Below, in pieces: positions 61,136 through 64,000 of a DNA stretch of 64,000 nt. This DNA comes from Patescibacteria group bacterium (lineage in GTDB: Bacteria > Patescibacteriota > Patescibacteriia > Patescibacteriales > GWC2-42-12). The number at the start of each line of letters is the position of its first letter. Within the stretch, counting starts at the first letter, position 1. The position numbers and the translations under genes were made by a program. The notes beneath the pieces were generated by a model that was given only the letters and a program-made list of their open reading frames with translations, did not search any database and was not told where the DNA came from. The stretch is from NCBI GenBank assembly GCA_041662965.1, contig JBAZRI010000003.1:1331-65330 (forward strand), read 5' to 3'.

Positions 61136-62212
61136 ATGCTTTTAAAAAACCTCAAAAAAATTAAAATTATATCTATAATTATAACTATTCAGTTTTTTGG
61201 CTTGTTGTTTTTCGTATTTTCATCAACTGCCTTGGCTGTCGGACTGGGAGGCGCTTGTTCCGGTCCTAGCGATACAACATGTGATAGCGGACTTGTTTGC
61301 AGACAAACAGGTGGAAGTACAATGGGCGGAGCGACAATTCATACCTGTATTCGAGGAAATAATTTGTTGAACACCACTATGCCAAAATTTAATATACCAG
61401 ATATCAAGTTGCAAATAGACATACCCGGGCTTAATCTAACTAAAGGCAGCGCTATAAAATGCACCGAGCAAAATGGCAAAAAAATTTGCAATATGCCTTG
61501 GATCGGCGAATATATCGCCGGTATTTATAAATATGCCATCGGCATAGTCGGCATTTTAGCCGCTGTGGTTTTAATGATCGGCGGCGTGATGTGGATTGTG
61601 GCCGGCGGCTCGGCTACCATGATCGGCGAAGCCAAATCCTGGATCGGCGCTAGTTTAACCGGTCTAGTTATTGCTTTATGCTCTTATATTATCCTTTATC
61701 AAGTTAATCCGGCCTTGGTAGGATTTAACGGATTGAATATACAAATAGTTGACCAAACTCCGGTTCCGGCAGACTTAAAAGCTTTTGCCGAAAAATGTAA
61801 GCCCACCGAGAGTGGAGAATGCTCTGTCTCAAAAATGGCTATTTTTGGCGATAAAGCTAGAGAGGCTTCAGCAATCTGCATGGCTGAAAGTTCAGGAGTT
61901 GCTAATGCAAAAAATACTTTAACCAAATGCGACAATGGCAACTATTACGCAGTTTGGGGATTATTCCAATTTAATTTATCAGCTAACTATTTAATGGATG
62001 AAAATAATAATAGACTAAATTGTCCCGATGCTTTTGGCAACAGAGCATGGGTTAATAGCAGTCCGACTTGCACTGTAATAAATGTTGATTTATATAATCA
62101 ATGCGTAGCCGCCGCCTCTAACCCGGCCGTTAGTATTAGCAACGCAAAAAGATTAGCTGGAGGTTCCGGCTGGGGTCCATGGGAAGCTAACAGTAAATGG
62201 TGCAATTTTTAA
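61136..62212 (+). CDS. fusion of a Cys-rich module, a T4SS-pilin-like domain and a lysozyme/transglycosylase-like domain
   Basis: The pilin-like domain is nearly identical to the upstream paralog. The C-terminus ICMAESSGVANAKN...WGLFQFNLS resembles the catalytic Glu-Ser and GLxQ motifs of SLT/Rpf-type muramidases. Confidence 0.7.
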   Translation: MLLKNLKKIKIISIIITIQFFGLLFFVFSSTALAVGLGGACSGPSDTTCDSGLVCRQTGGSTMGGATIHTCIRGNNLLNTTMPKFNIPDIKLQIDIPGLNLTKGSAIKCTEQNGKKICNMPWIGEYIAGIYKYAIGIVGILAAVVLMIGGVMWIVAGGSATMIGEAKSWIGASLTGLVIALCSYIILYQVNPALVGFNGLNIQIVDQTPVPADLKAFAEKCKPTESGECSVSKMAIFGDKAREASAICMAESSGVANAKNTLTKCDNGNYYAVWGLFQFNLSANYLMDENNNRLNCPDAFGNRAWVNSSPTCTVINVDLYNQCVAAASNPAVSISNAKRLAGGSGWGPWEANSKWCNF

Positions 62213-62221
62213 TTTAATTTT

Positions 62222-62437
62222 ATGCTCTACTTCACTAAATACGCTGAAAATAAATTTGATATACTGAATAAGCATAAGGTTTATTTTACCCGCGAACAAG
62301 TTGAAGACGCGGTTGGCGCTCCGGAAAAGGCAGGGAAAAAAGGAAAACTCTTGACGGCGCAGAGAGAAAATATAAAAGTAATTTATAAAAAAGAAGCGGA
62401 AATAATTAAAATTATAACTTTTTACCCGATTAAATAA
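62222..62437 (+). CDS. DUF4258-like small protein (putative toxin-like)
   Basis: 71 aa. YFTKYAENKFDIL....V....V, ending IKIITFYP, loosely fits the DUF4258 pattern. It is paired with a DUF2283-like gene 4 nt downstream. Confidence 0.4.
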   Translation: MLYFTKYAENKFDILNKHKVYFTREQVEDAVGAPEKAGKKGKLLTAQRENIKVIYKKEAEIIKIITFYPIK

Positions 62438-62441
62438 CATT

Positions 62442-62651
62442 ATGCAATACGATATTGAGGCTAATATAATATCCTGGGAGATCGCTAAAGATCCGATTGA
62501 CCATGCCATAGATTTTGGCAATTTTATTATTCATTTGTCAAAAGCGAAAAAACCGGTTTTAATTGAAATACTGAACGCATCTAAGTTTGCCGGGCAGATG
62601 GATAAGATAAAAATTGAAGGCCTTAAAAAGCAGATGATGGAAACGAACTAG
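62442..62651 (+). CDS. DUF2283-like small protein (putative antitoxin-like)
   Basis: MQYDIEANIISWEI and PVLIEILNASKF resemble the DUF2283 pattern (YD.EAD.lyi...ivGIEIL.AS). Confidence 0.5.
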   Translation: MQYDIEANIISWEIAKDPIDHAIDFGNFIIHLSKAKKPVLIEILNASKFAGQMDKIKIEGLKKQMMETN

Positions 62652-62781
62652 AAATTTTCAATTACCAATGATCAATTTTCAATAAATTATAAAATTATCA
62701 ATTAAAAATTATAACCTTGAAAATTCATTGATAATTGTAAATTGAAAATTGATAATTAAAAGATTTAAAAAATAACAGAAT

Positions 62782-63708
62782 ATGAATAATATAATTACAG
62801 CAAAAAAATCAACGAATATTAACCCCTCTTTACTCGCGCCCGGCCATCGCGGCTGTGCCGGCTGCGGCCAGATGATTGCCGCGCGAACCGTTGCCGACGC
62901 TTTAGGGCCGAACACCATTATCGCTAATGCTACCGGCTGTCTGGAAGTCGTGACCACGCCTTATCCCGAATCAAGCTGGGGCCTGCCCTGGATCCATTCG
63001 CTATTTGAAAACGCCGCGGCCGTGGCCTCGGGCATCTATGCCGCCCTAAAAACCCAGGGCAAAGACAAAGAGATAAAAGTAGTGGCCCAGGGCGGCGACG
63101 GCGGCACCTTTGATATCGGTTTCGGCCTGATTAGCGGCATGTGGGAGCGAGGCGAAAACATCCTTTATGTCTGCTATGATAACGAAGCCTACATGAATAC
63201 GGGCGCGCAAGCCAGCGCGGCCACGCCCTGGGCGGCCGCGACCTCTACCACTCCGGCCGGAACTTCATCCGATATCAGCGGCATCGGCTCGCATTTTATG
63301 AAAAAAGACATGCTGGCCATCGCCTTGGCGCACGGCCTGAAATATGTCGCCCAGACTACGGTCGCTTATCCTTTGGATATTATTAAAAAAGTTAAAAAGG
63401 CCGTAGCCACTCCCGGCCCGTCGTATCTGCAAATTTTAGTGCCTTGCATTCCGGGCTGGAAAATTGAACCCAGCCAAACAATCCAATTGGCTAAATTAGC
63501 CGTGCAAACCGGCATCTATCCGGCCGTGGAATATGTAAACGGCCAGCCCGGTGAAATAATGAAATTACCGGCCGAGCGCCCGCGGGTAGAAGACTATTTA
63601 AAGCCCCAAGGCAGATTTAAGCATTTGTTTAAAGACGAACGGGGCAAAGAGCAGATCGCGCATATCCAAAGATTGGCGGATGAGAATGTAAAAAAATACG
63701 GACTATAA
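62782..63708 (+). CDS. porB: 2-oxoacid:ferredoxin oxidoreductase beta subunit (TPP-binding)
   Basis: GHRGCAGCG, GGDGGTFDIGF and CYDNEAYMNTG. Confidence 0.9.
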   Translation: MNNIITAKKSTNINPSLLAPGHRGCAGCGQMIAARTVADALGPNTIIANATGCLEVVTTPYPESSWGLPWIHSLFENAAAVASGIYAALKTQGKDKEIKVVAQGGDGGTFDIGFGLISGMWERGENILYVCYDNEAYMNTGAQASAATPWAAATSTTPAGTSSDISGIGSHFMKKDMLAIALAHGLKYVAQTTVAYPLDIIKKVKKAVATPGPSYLQILVPCIPGWKIEPSQTIQLAKLAVQTGIYPAVEYVNGQPGEIMKLPAERPRVEDYLKPQGRFKHLFKDERGKEQIAHIQRLADENVKKYGL

Positions 63709-63731
63709 TTTTTACCAAACAAACCTTTTCT

Positions 63732-63810
63732 GTCATTCCGGCCTTGAGCCGGAATCCAGGTTTAGACGCTACGAATAAGTTTCTGGATTGCGGGTTAAAC
63801 CCGCAATGAC
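63732..63810. repeat. ORF-less GTCATTCC...GCAATGAC palindromic element
   Basis: GTCATTCCGGCCTTGAGCCGGAATCCAGG, then 21 nt, then CTGGATTGCGGGTTAAACCCGCAATGAC. The end motifs match the inverted repeats of the GIY-YIG element. Confidence 0.65.
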
Positions 63811-63918
63811 AATACTATTTTCTCCAAACAAAAAAGGCACTATGGCTTTCGCCGCAATGCCTTTTTTGTTTTTATATCTAAAAGAACAAATAAATAATAA
63901 TTATTAAACTCTGCAAAG

Positions 63919-64000
63919 GCTTGGGCTAGTCATTTTTCGAAGCGAGGACTGCCTGCCTGCCGGCAGGCAGGTTTGAGCCCGAGTAATCTCGGACGAGTTC
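63919..64000. repeat. nested palindromic repeat, copy E (cut by the window edge), carrying a CCTGCCTGCCGGCAGGCAGG insert
   Basis: gcttgggctagtcatttttcgaagcGAGGACTG[cctgcctgccggcaggcagg]TTTGAGCCCGAGTAATCTCGGACGAGTTC. Confidence 0.75.

Overview
This 64 kb window is gene-dense and uses the standard genetic code. I found no rRNA, tRNA or CRISPR array by eye. Gene content suggests a reduced-genome, CPR/Patescibacteria-like (Parcubacteria-type) bacterium; this is an inference, supported by five proteins with the TrbC/VirB2-like 'T4SS pilin' two-helix domain, giant Cys-rich surface proteins, short housekeeping genes, and intergenic spacers full of palindromic 'word' repeats.

Housekeeping genes, most on the minus strand: ftsA-ftsZ, dgkA, ybeY, a RelA/SpoT homolog, yqeY, rpsU, hisS, lepB, an LCP-family protein, der, pth, dprA, topA, a two-component system, rsmA, leuS, a LigD phosphoesterase domain, pyruvoyl arginine decarboxylase, a DsbA-like oxidoreductase and porGDA...porB.

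Accessory content:
1. An AT-rich damage-response/defence island at about 20.2-29.2 kb. It holds a MazG-like gene, an XRE + ImmA/IrrE pair, dinD, a tightly packed LexA-like / MazF / Cas4-RecB-like nuclease operon, a DUF2188 gene, and a HEPN-like gene translationally coupled to a Type IIG R-M enzyme.
2. A surface-protein locus at 3.9-18 kb. It contains a fibre-like repeat protein with a dedicated SipW-type signal peptidase, two TSP3-repeat proteins, and a 1787 aa and a 576 aa pilin-anchored Cys-rich protein separated by a GIY-YIG element with terminal inverted repeats.
3. A four-gene cassette (two pilin-like genes, one fused to a lysozyme-like domain, plus a DUF4258/DUF2283-like pair) that splits the por operon between porA and porB.
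4. Several families of short palindromic repeats. These include a roughly 100-145 bp nested palindrome with a conserved core (at least 6 copies) and small hairpin elements inserted in frame into ybeY, topA, porA, leuS and a surface-protein gene.
5. A Nudix-like domain inserted in LeuRS.
6. A roughly 400 nt ORF-free unit bounded by a promoter and a terminator, which is an ncRNA candidate.

All functional calls rest on motif recognition by eye. No database search was run.
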